Notes: generated from the sequence alone by a model not told the origin. A DNA stretch of 64,000 nt from Lentisphaeria bacterium (GCA_041690595.1 JAWLHB010000026.1:1-64000), one strand, 5' to 3'; positions 19,330-30,409 are shown, counted from the stretch's first letter. Translations and numbers: made by a program.

Positions 19330-20301
19330 TCAGTAGAGATGGCAGTCCACTTCGTTGCCGTCGACGTGGCGGGTCTTCGGATACGTGTTGCGGCAGATGT
19401 CCATGGCGTGTGGGCAGCGGGGATGGAAGGGACAGCCGGGTGGGGGATTGGATGGCGAGGGAACATCTCCGCTCAGGATGATTCGCTGCCGCTTATCCTC
19501 ACCGGGAACCGGCACCGCCGAGATCAGCGCCTGCGTATACGGATGCTTGGGATTGTCGATCACCTGGTGCGTGTCGCCAAATTCGACGATGCGCCCGAGG
19601 TACATCACCGCCACCCGCTGGGATATGTGGCGCACGACACTCAGGTCATGGCTGATGAAGAGGTAGGCGATGCTGTACTTCTCGCTCAGCTCCATCAGCA
19701 GGTTGATCACCTGTGCCTGGACGGAGACATCGAGGGCGCTCACCGCTTCATCGCAGACGATGAATTGCGGCCGTACCGCCAGCGCGCGCGCAATGCTGAT
19801 GCGCTGGCGCTGCCCGCCGGAGAACTCGTGAGGATACCGGTATAGATCTCGGGCATTGAGGCCGACCTCGTCAAGCAGCTGGCCGGCCTTCTCTTCCCGG
19901 TCACCCTCCAGGAGGTCGTGCTCTACCAGCCCCTCCGTGATGATGTCGAGCACGGACATGCGGGGATTGAGCGAGGAATAGGGATCCTGGAAGATCATCT
20001 GCAGTTCCTTGCGCACCGGCTTCCACTCCCGCGAGCTGTAGTCGAGAAGATTCTGCCCCTTGAAAAGCACCTCGCCGCCACTTGCCTTCTCGAGCCCCAG
20101 AAGGGTGCGGCCAAGCGTGGTCTTGCCGCAGCCCGATTCCCCCACCAGGCCAACCGCTTCCCCCCGATGCACCGTAAACGAGACGCCGTCGACGGCCTTG
20201 ACATGGCCAGTGGTGCGGGAGAATACGCCGCGGGTAATGGGGAACCAGGTGCGCAGCTCCACGGTTTGCAGCAGGACGGGGGCGGGTGAAGTGTCGGGCA
20301 T
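19330..20301 (-). CDS. oppF: Oligopeptide/dipeptide ABC transporter ATP-binding protein (OppF/DppF-like)
   Basis: [44 protein letters not shown]. Confidence 0.9.
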   Translation of the reverse strand: MPDTSPAPVLLQTVELRTWFPITRGVFSRTTGHVKAVDGVSFTVHRGEAVGLVGESGCGKTTLGRTLLGLEKASGGEVLFKGQNLLDYSSREWKPVRKELQMIFQDPYSSLNPRMSVLDIITEGLVEHDLLEGDREEKAGQLLDEVGLNARDLYRYPHEFSGGQRQRISIARALAVRPQFIVCDEAVSALDVSVQAQVINLLMELSEKYSIAYLFISHDLSVVRHISQRVAVMYLGRIVEFGDTHQVIDNPKHPYTQALISAVPVPGEDKRQRIILSGDVPSPSNPPPGCPFHPRCPHAMDICRNTYPKTRHVDGNEVDCHLY

Positions 20302-20306
20302 GATGG

Positions 20307-21893
20307 TCAACCGGATTGAACGAGGATGTAGCGGCGGAAGTCGCGGGTGAGTTTGGCGCGGTAGAGCACGCCGATGAAGATGGGGACGGCAATGAAGAGC
20401 AGGGGGCCGATGATGGCGGCCGAGAAGGTCAGCAGGAAGACGACCAGAGCGAGAACAAGGTGACCGATGGTCAACCAGAGGAAGAGCCCCACGATCGAGA
20501 CCGCCGTCGGATACGTGGTCAGGCGCAGCGAAACGTAGAGGCAGAAGCCGCTGTAGCCATACAGGGTCGCCATCCACCAGATGTAGCCGATAAGATTGAA
20601 GGTCAGGCTCGATCTCCCCATGAAATAGCTGGTGACCCCTGCATTCAGATTCGCATACGAGGCAATGCCGAAGCCGATGACGCTGATCAGATAACCGAGC
20701 AACCAGGGAAGCAGCGTCAGATAGAGCGCCTGGATCTTGGCCCCGATGATATCTTCATCCGAGAGTGGCGTGCAGAGCAGGGGCTCGATGGTGCCGTCCG
20801 AACGCTCGCGGTTGAACATCCGCGCGGCACCCACCGTGAAGACAAGCAAGGCGACGAAGCCACTGATGTGGCCGATCAGCAGCATGCTCATGAGGATGGT
20901 GTCGGTCACGTCGAAGGTGCCGCGGAGAAAGGTGGCCGCGGCCGTACCCACCACCGTCAGGACGACCACGAGGAAGAAGCGCAGCCAGGCCGTGGCGGTA
21001 CCCCCGTGCACATAGTCGTACTCGCGCCAGGTCAGCGGGTTCGGGAAGAACTGCCGCGGATCGAAGCCCCGCCCCAGCAGGCGAAAATGCCGCGGGCGAA
21101 GGTGGAAAGAACGCCGGAGGCGAGGCTGCTCCCCCTGGCGGAGCAGTTGGCGCGGCAGTATGGCGATGGCCATGACGAGGAGAACCAGCGAACCGCCAAG
21201 CAGGACCGCGCAGGTGTGAAGCGGAGCTGCCAGATCCGCCGCACTGCTCACCTGGATCATCGCCAGAAGTGGCGAGAAAAGCGCCGTCAGCGCAAAGGCA
21301 TCGCGACCAAGATGATCCGCCAGCACAAAAACTCCCAGCGGCAATGCCACATGCAGGAAGAGTGTGCCGCCGATAAGCAGGGAGACCACGCGTGGCTCAT
21401 CGCTTGTGCGCGACGCAATGAGCAGGCCAAGGCTGTTGCCGAACAGAATGCTCGCCAGCAGCAGCAGGTGCGCGATGACGATCTGTTGCGCTGAGACGCC
21501 ACCGAGGCTGATGCAGAGCAGGAAAAGCGGCAGCACCGCCAGCATGACCAGCATTGTGCGGCCAAGGCTGGCCAGCAGCTTGCCGAGAACGATGTGCGCG
21601 CTGCTCAGATCGCTCAGCATCAGGAGCCCCACCAGCTGGTGGCGCCGTTCCTCCGCCAGAGAAGCGCTGCCCGCATACGGGGCCAGCACATAGACGAAGG
21701 CCGTCAGCAGCAGCGTCAGCGTATAGAAGACCGGCAGACCCGCGCCCCGGATATCCGCCATGCGGGCATAGACGAAGGCCCCCAGTACCAGCGCACCCGC
21801 GGCCCCGGCAACGCCAAGGCGGCGCCAGTAGAAGCCCCGACTGCGCGGGAGCGCTGTCAGCTCCCGGCGAAAGAGTATGAGTAGCAGATCCAT
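20307..21893 (-). CDS. ABC-2 type transporter permease (tandem duplicated domain)
   Basis: Multiple TM helices; [42 protein letters not shown]. Confidence 0.8.
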   Translation of the reverse strand: MDLLLILFRRELTALPRSRGFYWRRLGVAGAAGALVLGAFVYARMADIRGAGLPVFYTLTLLLTAFVYVLAPYAGSASLAEERRHQLVGLLMLSDLSSAHIVLGKLLASLGRTMLVMLAVLPLFLLCISLGGVSAQQIVIAHLLLLASILFGNSLGLLIASRTSDEPRVVSLLIGGTLFLHVALPLGVFVLADHLGRDAFALTALFSPLLAMIQVSSAADLAAPLHTCAVLLGGSLVLLVMAIAILPRQLLRQGEQPRLRRSFHLRPRHFRLLGRGFDPRQFFPNPLTWREYDYVHGGTATAWLRFFLVVVLTVVGTAAATFLRGTFDVTDTILMSMLLIGHISGFVALLVFTVGAARMFNRERSDGTIEPLLCTPLSDEDIIGAKIQALYLTLLPWLLGYLISVIGFGIASYANLNAGVTSYFMGRSSLTFNLIGYIWWMATLYGYSGFCLYVSLRLTTYPTAVSIVGLFLWLTIGHLVLALVVFLLTFSAAIIGPLLFIAVPIFIGVLYRAKLTRDFRRYILVQSG

Positions 21894-21952
21894 AGTGTCA
21901 TACAATAAGAGCAATTCGTGCTGGAGACGGTCGAACCCGCGAAAAAAGCTGG

Positions 21953-23578
21953 TTAGGTCTGGCGGAGGCGTTCAAGTCGAAATACCGTCCACTGTCGATA
22001 GATGGCGCTGATGAGCAGGCCCAGACCAAGTGCGGTGAGGCCGACCATAATCGGAATCAAGATCAACAGAAAGTCGAAGTTGAGCCCCGCGGCACTGGCC
22101 AGCTCGCTCCCAAAAAGACTGAGGAGCGTCGCGAAGACCATCACGATCATGCCGCCCAGGAAGGAGATCGGCAGGTAGAGCAGCATCAGGATGCCGATCG
22201 AGACAAGGACCGGATGATTGGGATAGCGGAAGCCGGTGAATAGCCCGATTCCCGTGAGCGCCAGCCAGAAACCGACAGCGACGCAGGCTCCGGTGATGAC
22301 GGTCAGCGTGATCGGGAGCACAAGCTCGAAATCGCCGTCCACGATCACCTTGACGACGGAGGCCGAAAGACCGAAGAGAGTAACCAGCGCGATTATAACG
22401 AGGCTTGAGCCGCAGGCCAGTCGAATCGATTGCAGCTTGCCGGCGACGATCTCCTTGGCCGTCAGGTCCGTGCAGACGATCAGCTCGAGGAGCCCGCTCT
22501 CCATCTCGTCCTGAAACAGGTGGCAGCTTTGCCAATACGAACTGAAAATGACCCATACCGCGATAATCCCCGCCACGAAAAGAAAGGTGGCGGCTATGCT
22601 TTCCGAGTCATGGTTCATGGCCATCCACGCAGTCCCGCCGCTACCGATTACGACGACTATCAGCAGCGCGAATCCAGGCAATCGGTGCCGCGGGCGTCGC
22701 TGCATTCGGCAGTACAGGCCATGCCAGGCCACCGGATTCAACAGCCCGATGGGAGGGCAATCGAGGCGCCGCTTGGTGCCGCGCGCGACAGGTCGTGCCC
22801 CTTCCGCCGTGGCAGACCCTCGTGAACGCCGCCGTATGGTCCACATGGCAAGCAGGCAGACCGGCAGCGTCATCAGCATGAGGAACAGGCTGTAATAGAT
22901 GGGGCCGGACAGGTCGACGCCAGCCGTGATGGCCCTCCCGGCCTGGAAGGGCGAGAGTATGACCTGCCGCTGAAAGCCCAGAAGATAGTCGAGATACACG
23001 GCAAGCGGAAACCGCACCACTGGGGTGAAGAGAAAGAAGACGAGCGAAAGCACAAAGGCGAGGCCGACAGCCTGCCGGGGCGTTGCGCTCCATGCCCCGC
23101 TCAGCATGCCGATGCCGCTGCTCAGGCAGATCGTCGAGAAAACCAGCAGCAGCGCTGAAAGCACCTGCGCGGAACCGATCCCGCCCAGGCTCACCGAAAG
23201 CATGATGAGCGGCAAGGCGCAGAAGATTCCGGTCAGCGATATCAGGATCGTGGCGAGCAGGCGCCCGCAAAGCAGCCGTCCCAGGCTGATGTCGCTGAGC
23301 AGCAGCAGGGAGAAGACGCGATTCTGTCGCTCTCGCGCCAGGGTCTGCGCGGCGGCCATGGAAGCGCCAAAGGCGGCAAGCAGCAGCGCCACCGGAATGA
23401 TCTTGCTGAATACATGCAGACCGACTGCCGTTCCTCCGTTGAAGACGCTCCCGGTCATGTAGCCGAAGCTGAGCATCAGGCTGAAGATCAGCACGATGAA
23501 GACGCGGCCGGTGTGGAAGAAGCGTTGGCGCGCTTTGCGCCTGAACTCACCCAGGATCAGCGTGCGGATAAAGTCCAT
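21953..23578 (-). CDS. ABC-2 type transporter permease (paralog)
   Basis: RERQNRVFSLLLLSDIS, LGGIG, EMESGLLELIVCTDLTAKEIVAGK; start after GGAGG. Confidence 0.8.
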   Translation of the reverse strand: MDFIRTLILGEFRRKARQRFFHTGRVFIVLIFSLMLSFGYMTGSVFNGGTAVGLHVFSKIIPVALLLAAFGASMAAAQTLARERQNRVFSLLLLSDISLGRLLCGRLLATILISLTGIFCALPLIMLSVSLGGIGSAQVLSALLLVFSTICLSSGIGMLSGAWSATPRQAVGLAFVLSLVFFLFTPVVRFPLAVYLDYLLGFQRQVILSPFQAGRAITAGVDLSGPIYYSLFLMLMTLPVCLLAMWTIRRRSRGSATAEGARPVARGTKRRLDCPPIGLLNPVAWHGLYCRMQRRPRHRLPGFALLIVVVIGSGGTAWMAMNHDSESIAATFLFVAGIIAVWVIFSSYWQSCHLFQDEMESGLLELIVCTDLTAKEIVAGKLQSIRLACGSSLVIIALVTLFGLSASVVKVIVDGDFELVLPITLTVITGACVAVGFWLALTGIGLFTGFRYPNHPVLVSIGILMLLYLPISFLGGMIVMVFATLLSLFGSELASAAGLNFDFLLILIPIMVGLTALGLGLLISAIYRQWTVFRLERLRQT

Positions 23579-23592
23579 GGCCTCCGCTCGCC

Positions 23593-24543
23593 TCAACCCT
23601 TGGTGAGGGACATGAAGATCTCTTCCAGGTTGGCGGCGCTGCGGCGCGCTTCCGCGATGCGAATACCATTCTTGACGCAATGGTCGATGATATCGGCGGT
23701 ACTGATCGTGGCAATATGTTCGACGTAGAGCCGCTGCCCACTCGTCCGGACCTCAAGGATGCCCTCGAGCTCCTTGACCTTCGCCGCCATCGTCTCCATG
23801 TCGCCCTCTACGGTCAGTTCCAGAAAATCCTTCCCTTCACGAATATGCGCGGATGCCTGGCCGACGGTACCCGAATATGCCAGCCGCCCATGTTCGATGA
23901 TCACCACCATATCGCAGAGGTTGTGCAGCTCGCTCAGAATGTGCGACGAGATGAGGATGGTCTTTCCCATGCGCTTCAGCTCGCGCAGCAGCTCCATCAG
24001 CTCGATGCGGGCCCGCGGATCCAGCCCCGACGCCGGTTCGTCCAGAAGGAGAAGGCGGGGATTGTGCACCAGGCATCGGCCGAGGGAAAGACGTTGCTGC
24101 ATGCCGCGCGAAAGCCCGGCGATGAGCGTCTCCTTCTTCTCCGGCAGCCCGATGATGTCCAGGATGTCGTCCACCAGCGTGGGCCGCTTGCTGAGCGGAA
24201 TGCGATAGGCCGCGGCAAAAAAATCCAGGTACTCCCCGGAGGTCATGTCGTTGTAAAGGCCGAAATAGTCGGGCATGAAGCCGATTGCATGACGAACCTG
24301 TCGGGCCTGGCTGCTGGATTGGGTGTTGAGGCCAAATACATGCGCGCTGCCGGAGTCCTGCCGCAGCAGTGTGGCGAGCACGCGCATGGTCGTCGTCTTG
24401 CCCGATCCATTCGGACCGACAAAACCGGCGATCACACCTTCCGGCACCCGAAAAGTCAGCTCGTCCAAGGCTTTGGTGGTTCCGTATACCTTGGTGAGGT
24501 TCTCCACCTCGATGGCGTACTGTGCCTTCTCATTTTCGCTCAT
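23593..24543 (-). CDS. ABC transporter ATP-binding protein
   Basis: GPNGSGKT, LSRGMQQR, LLLDEPASGLD, SSHILSE. Confidence 0.93.
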   Translation of the reverse strand: MSENEKAQYAIEVENLTKVYGTTKALDELTFRVPEGVIAGFVGPNGSGKTTTMRVLATLLRQDSGSAHVFGLNTQSSSQARQVRHAIGFMPDYFGLYNDMTSGEYLDFFAAAYRIPLSKRPTLVDDILDIIGLPEKKETLIAGLSRGMQQRLSLGRCLVHNPRLLLLDEPASGLDPRARIELMELLRELKRMGKTILISSHILSELHNLCDMVVIIEHGRLAYSGTVGQASAHIREGKDFLELTVEGDMETMAAKVKELEGILEVRTSGQRLYVEHIATISTADIIDHCVKNGIRIAEARRSAANLEEIFMSLTKG

Positions 24544-24556
24544 TCGGCACCTTCTC

Positions 24557-26479
24557 TCATGGTTGCGGCGGCAGTTGGAGGCGGACCAGGTTGAGGGTTC
24601 GCGATTCGACGCTGAAACGGGTGAAGTCGATGGGCAGAACCTTCGAATCCGGCGTCAGGCCGATCAGCAGCACGCGCCCGCCAAAGAGCAGGCGCTCGTT
24701 GATGCTCAGGCTCTGCTCTCGCGAGCTGCGCATGTTCGCCAGATGTTTGAAGGAATCCGTATTGCCGGGCATCGCATTCACGTAAAAATCGAGGTTCTCC
24801 ACCTCCTCCGGCGGCTCCACCGCTTCAGTCTCATCTTTCGGCGGAGGCGGTGGAATATGGGCAAAGGATAGCCAGGTTGCATAAATCATGAGGCTATCGA
24901 TCGAAGGCAGATTGTCGGGCATGAGGTTGCCGCGATAGCTGTAGTAAGATGGATTCAGATGGCTGATAACCTGTTCGAGCGCTTGATGCCAGGTCTTCTC
25001 CTCCTCCAGGATCCACGTATCGCTGACATCGTCATGAGTGGCTTCCGTCAGCCCGTCGGCCGTCGCGAGCGTCAGCGAGGCTGCCGTGAAGCCTTCTGGC
25101 AGGTGAAGACGGAAACCATTCTCCACCTCTTCCGCCACCAGAGGCTTGTCCAACTCACGGATCCAGGTCGCGTCAAAGGTCTTCGACGAGAAGATGGGGA
25201 TCTTCGCCTGCATGAGGGGCGGGGTGTGGTGAAAGATGTCGACTTTTGCGATGCCGGTGCCAATGGCGCTCTCGCGGGCGGAGAAGGCGGCGTTCGGCTC
25301 AGGTGTGGTAATGTCGTAGGTGTCGTTTCGCGTCGAATAGATCCAGAAGATCGCGTTCCCCTTGGCGGGGCGCTGCCCGTTGACGACATCGAGCAGATTG
25401 ACATGGACAGCCTCCATCGAGCCCGAATGAACGAGGGTGCTGTACCAGTAGGCAATGACGGAAAAAAGAACGATGGCGGAGAGGAAGATCACCCACGTGA
25501 GGTAAGGTTTCCCGCTGCGCTTGCAGATGTAGTAGTCAAGCGGCCCGATGACGAGAATATAGGCGCCGATGATCAGCGCGAGCCAGAGAAAACCCTTGTA
25601 GCCATAGGTGCCTTGGTCGTGCGTCAGATTGCTGAAGATGTTGCCGGCGGATGGGAGATTGCCTTTCGGGAAGAGCGTCGAGGTGTAGCTGGGAATCGGA
25701 CGACCGCCTGCCATCCAGAAGGCGTTCAAGCTGCCGTTCCTCCCCGCCGTGGCGGCAAGACCTGCCCCGCACGAATAGATGCCGGTCGTAAAGAGATCGA
25801 TCTGGTCGTCGATGCCAAGAGCCGTTGCCTGATCGAGGAAGGCGCGGTCGCTCGTCGGGTCGAGGAAGACAACCCGACCTCCCGTCCGCAGCCACTGGCC
25901 CAGCGCCTTGACGCGGCCGCGGCTCATGTCCGTGAGCGCGGCACTCGTCAGGATGACCAGGTGAATGCTGTCCAGCGCCAGAGGATTCTCCGGCATCTGC
26001 TCATGCCCGATCGGCACGAAACGATAATTCTCGCTGGTGCCTTCGTTGAGATGCTGCGCATGCTTTGGCGTCAGGCCGACCCCCAGCACGAGCGCTTCTC
26101 GGCCGCTGCTGTAGGCCGGCAGCACCTTCTGGATGGGATCGAAATGTCGAGAAAAGCGGATGACCACGCGCCACTCGCTTTCGCTCCGGTTGCGCACATA
26201 GAGGGTGAACCGCTTCACCGAATTGGCAGGGGAGGTGAAGCCCAGCAGATGTCTGACTTCGCTTTGTCCGCCCGGCGGCGTCTGATAGACCTCGATCATT
26301 CCATCGGTGTTGCGCAAGTCGTTGCGTAATACGACCTCCACCGGGACCAGTGACGCGCCGGGCGGAATGTTGCCCGCATAGCCGACGGTGACGACTGCCT
26401 CTATGTCGGCTTCTTGCTCTGCACCCGCCGGCATGACCAGCATGCCGCACACGAAGAGGAGGCTGAAAAAAAAGCGCAT
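24557..26479 (-). CDS. Hypothetical exported/membrane protein associated with ABC-2 transporter
   Basis: Signal peptide, L..WL..GG glutamine-amidotransferase-like segment, YILVIGPLDY..TW TM pair. Confidence 0.65.
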   Translation of the reverse strand: MRFFFSLLFVCGMLVMPAGAEQEADIEAVVTVGYAGNIPPGASLVPVEVVLRNDLRNTDGMIEVYQTPPGGQSEVRHLLGFTSPANSVKRFTLYVRNRSESEWRVVIRFSRHFDPIQKVLPAYSSGREALVLGVGLTPKHAQHLNEGTSENYRFVPIGHEQMPENPLALDSIHLVILTSAALTDMSRGRVKALGQWLRTGGRVVFLDPTSDRAFLDQATALGIDDQIDLFTTGIYSCGAGLAATAGRNGSLNAFWMAGGRPIPSYTSTLFPKGNLPSAGNIFSNLTHDQGTYGYKGFLWLALIIGAYILVIGPLDYYICKRSGKPYLTWVIFLSAIVLFSVIAYWYSTLVHSGSMEAVHVNLLDVVNGQRPAKGNAIFWIYSTRNDTYDITTPEPNAAFSARESAIGTGIAKVDIFHHTPPLMQAKIPIFSSKTFDATWIRELDKPLVAEEVENGFRLHLPEGFTAASLTLATADGLTEATHDDVSDTWILEEEKTWHQALEQVISHLNPSYYSYRGNLMPDNLPSIDSLMIYATWLSFAHIPPPPPKDETEAVEPPEEVENLDFYVNAMPGNTDSFKHLANMRSSREQSLSINERLLFGGRVLLIGLTPDSKVLPIDFTRFSVESRTLNLVRLQLPPQP

Positions 26480-26603
26480 AACGGTGGGGTGGCTTTGGTT
26501 ATGACGTGGCACTGAATCATATTAATGTGCAGTGACTCGGAGTGAATACAACAGAACCCCATGACCTTTTGATGGTTTCAGAGGTATAATTCAGGTGAAG
26601 GAA

Positions 26604-28001
26604 ATGCCAGATCAGCGTGCTTTGCGGGTAGCAATTGTCGGCAGCGGACCAAGTGGATTCTTTGCAGCTGATGCGCTTTTTCGCGCGGATGATACCGTGC
26701 GCGTCGATATGTTCGAGCGCTTGCCCGTTCCATTCGGCCTGCTTCGACATGGCGTGGCCCCCGATCAACTGAAGATCAAGAGCGTCAGCAAGGCCTTCGA
26801 ACGCATTGCCGAGCGTCACCATTTTGGCTTCTTCGGCAACGTGAGCATCGGTGAATCGGTGACCATCGACGAGCTGCGCAAGTTCTACGATGCCATCATT
26901 CTGGCCACTGGCGCCACGCAGCCCCGGCAACTCGGAATTCCCGGTGAAGAACTCCCCGGATGCCATACCTCCATGGAATTCGTCGGCTGGTACAATGGGC
27001 ATCCAGAATTCTCCGGCGCGGAGTTCGACCTGTCCCACGAACGGGCCGTGGTGATCGGCAACGGCAATGTGGCGCTGGATGTGGCTCGCGTCCTCATCAA
27101 GGGGGCCGAGGGTCTCGGCCATACCGACATTTCCTCCCGCGCCATGGCGGCGCTCGCCCGCAGCAAGGTGCGGGAAGTCCAGATCATCGGGCGGCGGGGG
27201 CCCGTGCAGGCAAGGTTCACCATCAATGAACTGAAGGAGCTTCTGAAGCTGCCGGACTGCCAGCCTTACATTTCCCCTGAAGATCGCCTCCTGAACGCCT
27301 CCAGTGAGGCGGAACTGGAACATCCCGATGGCGGCTTGCTCCGCCGCACGCACGAGGTCCTCATGGCCTGCGAGGACCAGTTGAAAGAGGACCGACACAA
27401 ACGGATTCAGTTGCGATTTCACCTCAGTCCCGTGCGTCTGGAAGGTGCCGGGTGCGTCGAGAGGCTCATTCTGGAGCGCAACATCCTGCGAGGTGAACCC
27501 GGCAGACAGGAGGTGGAAGGCACGGGCGAGGAGACGGTGGTGCCCACCGGGCTGGTCATCTCCTGCGTGGGCTATTATGGGAAACCACTGCCGGGCGTAC
27601 CGTTCGACGAGGCGCGGGGCATTGTGCCGAATCATCAGGGAAGGGTGCTCGACGAACAGCGGCTTCCAGTGCCGGGACTTTACGCCGTTGGCTGGATACG
27701 TCACAGCGCGCGCGGCATCATTGGCGACACGAAGGCCGACAGCAGCGCCACCGTCCGCGCTCTGTTGGAGGATGCGCCCCTGCTTCCGCCGTGTCCCGTT
27801 CCCGATGACGATGGGGTCACGCGCATGCTGAAGGAGCGCGGTGTCAGCGAAGTTGCCTTCGACGACTGGTCACGCCTGGATATGGAGGAGCTATCCCGCG
27901 GCAAGGCTGCCGGAAAGGTCCGGGAGAAGTTCACCCATATTCCGGACATGCTCCATTTTTTGAGGGAGAGCGCCAGTCAGGCCGCGGTCGCGGGAAGCTG
28001 A
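26604..28001 (+). CDS. fprA: Ferredoxin--NADP+ reductase (FprA/adrenodoxin reductase-like)
   Basis: IVGSGPSG, PFGLLRHGVAPD, FVGWYNGHP, GNGNVALDVAR, GRRGP; TATAAT at 26585. Confidence 0.88.
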   Translation: MPDQRALRVAIVGSGPSGFFAADALFRADDTVRVDMFERLPVPFGLLRHGVAPDQLKIKSVSKAFERIAERHHFGFFGNVSIGESVTIDELRKFYDAIILATGATQPRQLGIPGEELPGCHTSMEFVGWYNGHPEFSGAEFDLSHERAVVIGNGNVALDVARVLIKGAEGLGHTDISSRAMAALARSKVREVQIIGRRGPVQARFTINELKELLKLPDCQPYISPEDRLLNASSEAELEHPDGGLLRRTHEVLMACEDQLKEDRHKRIQLRFHLSPVRLEGAGCVERLILERNILRGEPGRQEVEGTGEETVVPTGLVISCVGYYGKPLPGVPFDEARGIVPNHQGRVLDEQRLPVPGLYAVGWIRHSARGIIGDTKADSSATVRALLEDAPLLPPCPVPDDDGVTRMLKERGVSEVAFDDWSRLDMEELSRGKAAGKVREKFTHIPDMLHFLRESASQAAVAGS

Positions 28002-28012
28002 CGGCGGGAAGA

Positions 28013-28291
28013 CTAGGCTTCGCTGAGGGGCTCTTTCTTGTCGACGATGACCGGATGCTTCGGAGCCTCTTCAGCGTTGATGCGGATGTAGTCGCTCCAC
28101 TTCTCCGGGACATCGTCTTCGTGAAAGATGGCCTCGGTCGGGCAAACCGGTATGCAGGCGCCGCAGTCGATGCACTCGTACGGATCGATATACAGCATCC
28201 GATCCCCCTCGTGGAAACAGTCCACGGGACAGACTTCGACGCAGTCGGTATGCTTGCAGTCAAGGCAAGGTTCGGTAACGATGTGAGCCAT
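28013..28291 (-). CDS. fdxA: Ferredoxin (7Fe FdxA type)
   Basis: MAHIVTEPCLDCKHTDCVEVCPVDCFHEG..CIDCGACIPVCP. Confidence 0.92.
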   Translation of the reverse strand: MAHIVTEPCLDCKHTDCVEVCPVDCFHEGDRMLYIDPYECIDCGACIPVCPTEAIFHEDDVPEKWSDYIRINAEEAPKHPVIVDKKEPLSEA

Positions 28292-28391
28292 TCGCTCTGC
28301 TCCTGCTATACTTGTGCTATCTGAAAACGCAGTGCACGGTCGCACTGACGACAAACGTTCACTATACCATCACAGAGGCGCCATTTCCACT

Positions 28392-29093
28392 TCAAGAGCC
28401 GCCGCACTCCAACTGCCGGACAATCTCACTGGCGGCCGCGGCGGGATCGTCCGCACGCGTCACCGGTCGCCCGACCACGATGAACTGCGCGCCTGCCTCC
28501 GCGGCGGCACCTGGCGTCATGATGCGCTTCTGATCGTCCGCGCTGCCGCTCGCCAGGCGTATGCCGGGGATGACCTGCACGAAATCAGGGCCGCAGGCCG
28601 CCCGGATCATGGTGATCTCATGGCCGGAGGCAACGACGCCATCCAGGCCGGCTTGTCTGGCCAGCCGCGCCAGCCGTTCGACCTGGTCGGAAAGAGAACT
28701 CTGGACCCCCACCTGACTGAGCGCCTGCTGATCCATGCTCGTCAGGACGGTGACGGCAATCACCAGACTGTCGGGCCGCCGCGCCTCTGCCGCGGCCGCC
28801 ATCATCGCCAGGCCACCCCCCGCATGAACATTGACCATGTCGGCGCCTATGTCCAGCGCGCTTCGGACTGCCTGCCGCACGGTGTTCGGGATGTCATGAA
28901 ACTTCAGGTCGAGAAAGACCTTCTTTCCGGCCTTCTTGAGTGGGCGCAGGGCATCTGGGCCATAGCGCGTAAAGAGCTGCTTGCCGACCTTGTACCAGAG
29001 GACGGAAGCACCCGCGGCGTCGACCAGCCGGGTGGCTTCATCCAGCGAATCGAAGTCGAGGGCAACAATGAGCTGGGTAGGTTGATTACTCAT
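28392..29093 (-). CDS. pyrF: Orotidine-5'-phosphate decarboxylase
   Basis: LIVALD, FLDLKFHDIPNTV, AVTVLTS, PGIR..DDQKR.MTP, VGRPVT. Confidence 0.96.
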   Translation of the reverse strand: MSNQPTQLIVALDFDSLDEATRLVDAAGASVLWYKVGKQLFTRYGPDALRPLKKAGKKVFLDLKFHDIPNTVRQAVRSALDIGADMVNVHAGGGLAMMAAAAEARRPDSLVIAVTVLTSMDQQALSQVGVQSSLSDQVERLARLARQAGLDGVVASGHEITMIRAACGPDFVQVIPGIRLASGSADDQKRIMTPGAAAEAGAQFIVVGRPVTRADDPAAAASEIVRQLECGGS

Positions 29094-29784
29094 GGGGGGC
29101 TCCAAGGCTGATGACAGCGGGATCGGTAACGGACTCCTGATTTGCCTGGAGGAGGTGGCTGGCCCACATCGGCATCGCCAGGCCGGAGACGATGATCAGC
29201 AGCAGCCATAAAGCCATGGCGATCAGCAGCGGGAGCGTCGCCAGTGGGTGCTGCACAAAGATCCCGCTGAAAACGTCGATCGGCGACCTGGCGGTCTGAT
29301 AGAAGTCCCAGCCCAGATTGAGGACAAGCGCCGTGAAGGAGCAGAAAAAGAAGTACATGATGCCGTACCGGGTGACGATGGCCACTTTGTGAGGAGTTTC
29401 GGATTCATAGTGCCCCGCGACGGCCATTGCCGCTTCGTTGATATAGTAGCAGAAGGCGATGCAGGCATAGCAGGCCGCGACGGCATTGATCAGCAGATAG
29501 GTGCTGCTCGAATTGATGTACCACCACGATACGAACGGAATGAGGCCGGCTGCCAGAACGGCCCACAAGCGCAGCTTTGGCATGACCTTTCGCCAGCGCT
29601 CATCCGCCAGCAGCTTCCCCGGCATGCGCAACGCGAACCACGCCGCGATCCACACCGGCAGCGCCACGACCAAGGTCAGCCGATCGAGCTGATCCCGTGC
29701 TGCCCCCGGGCTGAGCAGAAGGATGAGAAAGAAGAGTACGCAGAGCGCGATGCTGTCAAAGCTGCGAATGGCCCGAATCGTCAT
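29086..29784 (-). CDS. Hypothetical integral membrane protein
   Basis: ~6 hydrophobic segments; overlaps both neighbours. Confidence 0.65.
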   Translation of the reverse strand: MTIRAIRSFDSIALCVLFFLILLLSPGAARDQLDRLTLVVALPVWIAAWFALRMPGKLLADERWRKVMPKLRLWAVLAAGLIPFVSWWYINSSSTYLLINAVAACYACIAFCYYINEAAMAVAGHYESETPHKVAIVTRYGIMYFFFCSFTALVLNLGWDFYQTARSPIDVFSGIFVQHPLATLPLLIAMALWLLLIIVSGLAMPMWASHLLQANQESVTDPAVISLGAPHE

Positions 29785-30176
29785 CCTTCGATTTCTTCCA
29801 GGAAAGCAGCGTACTCGGTGCTGCTCATCAGCATCTCCAGCTCGTCCGGCTCGTCATATTCCATCTTGAAGAGCCAACCACGCTCGTAGGGTGACAGGAA
29901 AATCTGCTCGGGCTGATCGAGGGCGTCCGCGTTCACTTCGATGACCCGTCCGGTCAGAGGGCTGGGAATGTGATAAAGCTCCACGTCCGCCAGATGGAGG
30001 GTGACGCAGTCAAGGTCCATTTCGAGTTCGTCGTCGACCAGCGGCAGGTCGATGCTTTCGATGGCGGTGATCTCGTGCTGGAGGTCGTCGGCGAGACCGA
30101 CCGTGGCTGTATGGTCGTGTGTCTTCACCCACACATGATTCGGCGTAAACTTGAGGTGTTTGGGAAAGGCTACCAT
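29781..30176 (-). CDS. Glycine cleavage H protein-like (GcvH fold) lacking the lipoyl lysine
   Basis: LKFTPNHVWV..ATVG, SPLTGRVIEVN, SPYERGWLFKM, LMSSTEY; ESVK region replaced by HLADV. Confidence 0.8.
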   Translation of the reverse strand: MVAFPKHLKFTPNHVWVKTHDHTATVGLADDLQHEITAIESIDLPLVDDELEMDLDCVTLHLADVELYHIPSPLTGRVIEVNADALDQPEQIFLSPYERGWLFKMEYDEPDELEMLMSSTEYAAFLEEIEG

Positions 30177-30409
30177 GTGCTGTATGACCCTCTGAATCGT
30201 TGGTGGGTGTTGGCGACGCCGTGCGGCAGTGTCGAATGATGCGTACCCTACAAAGGTATGCCACGGAGCCTCCTTTACACAAACGCACAAAAAAGGCTTC
30301 CGGATTTGGCGGTTTTGGCCAGGCAAAAGCGCGGTTTGGTTGTATGTTAATACGGTTGTAGTTCGATGCAACAGGGAAGCCGTAAAAAAGTAACTCGGGA
30401 AACGGTGCC

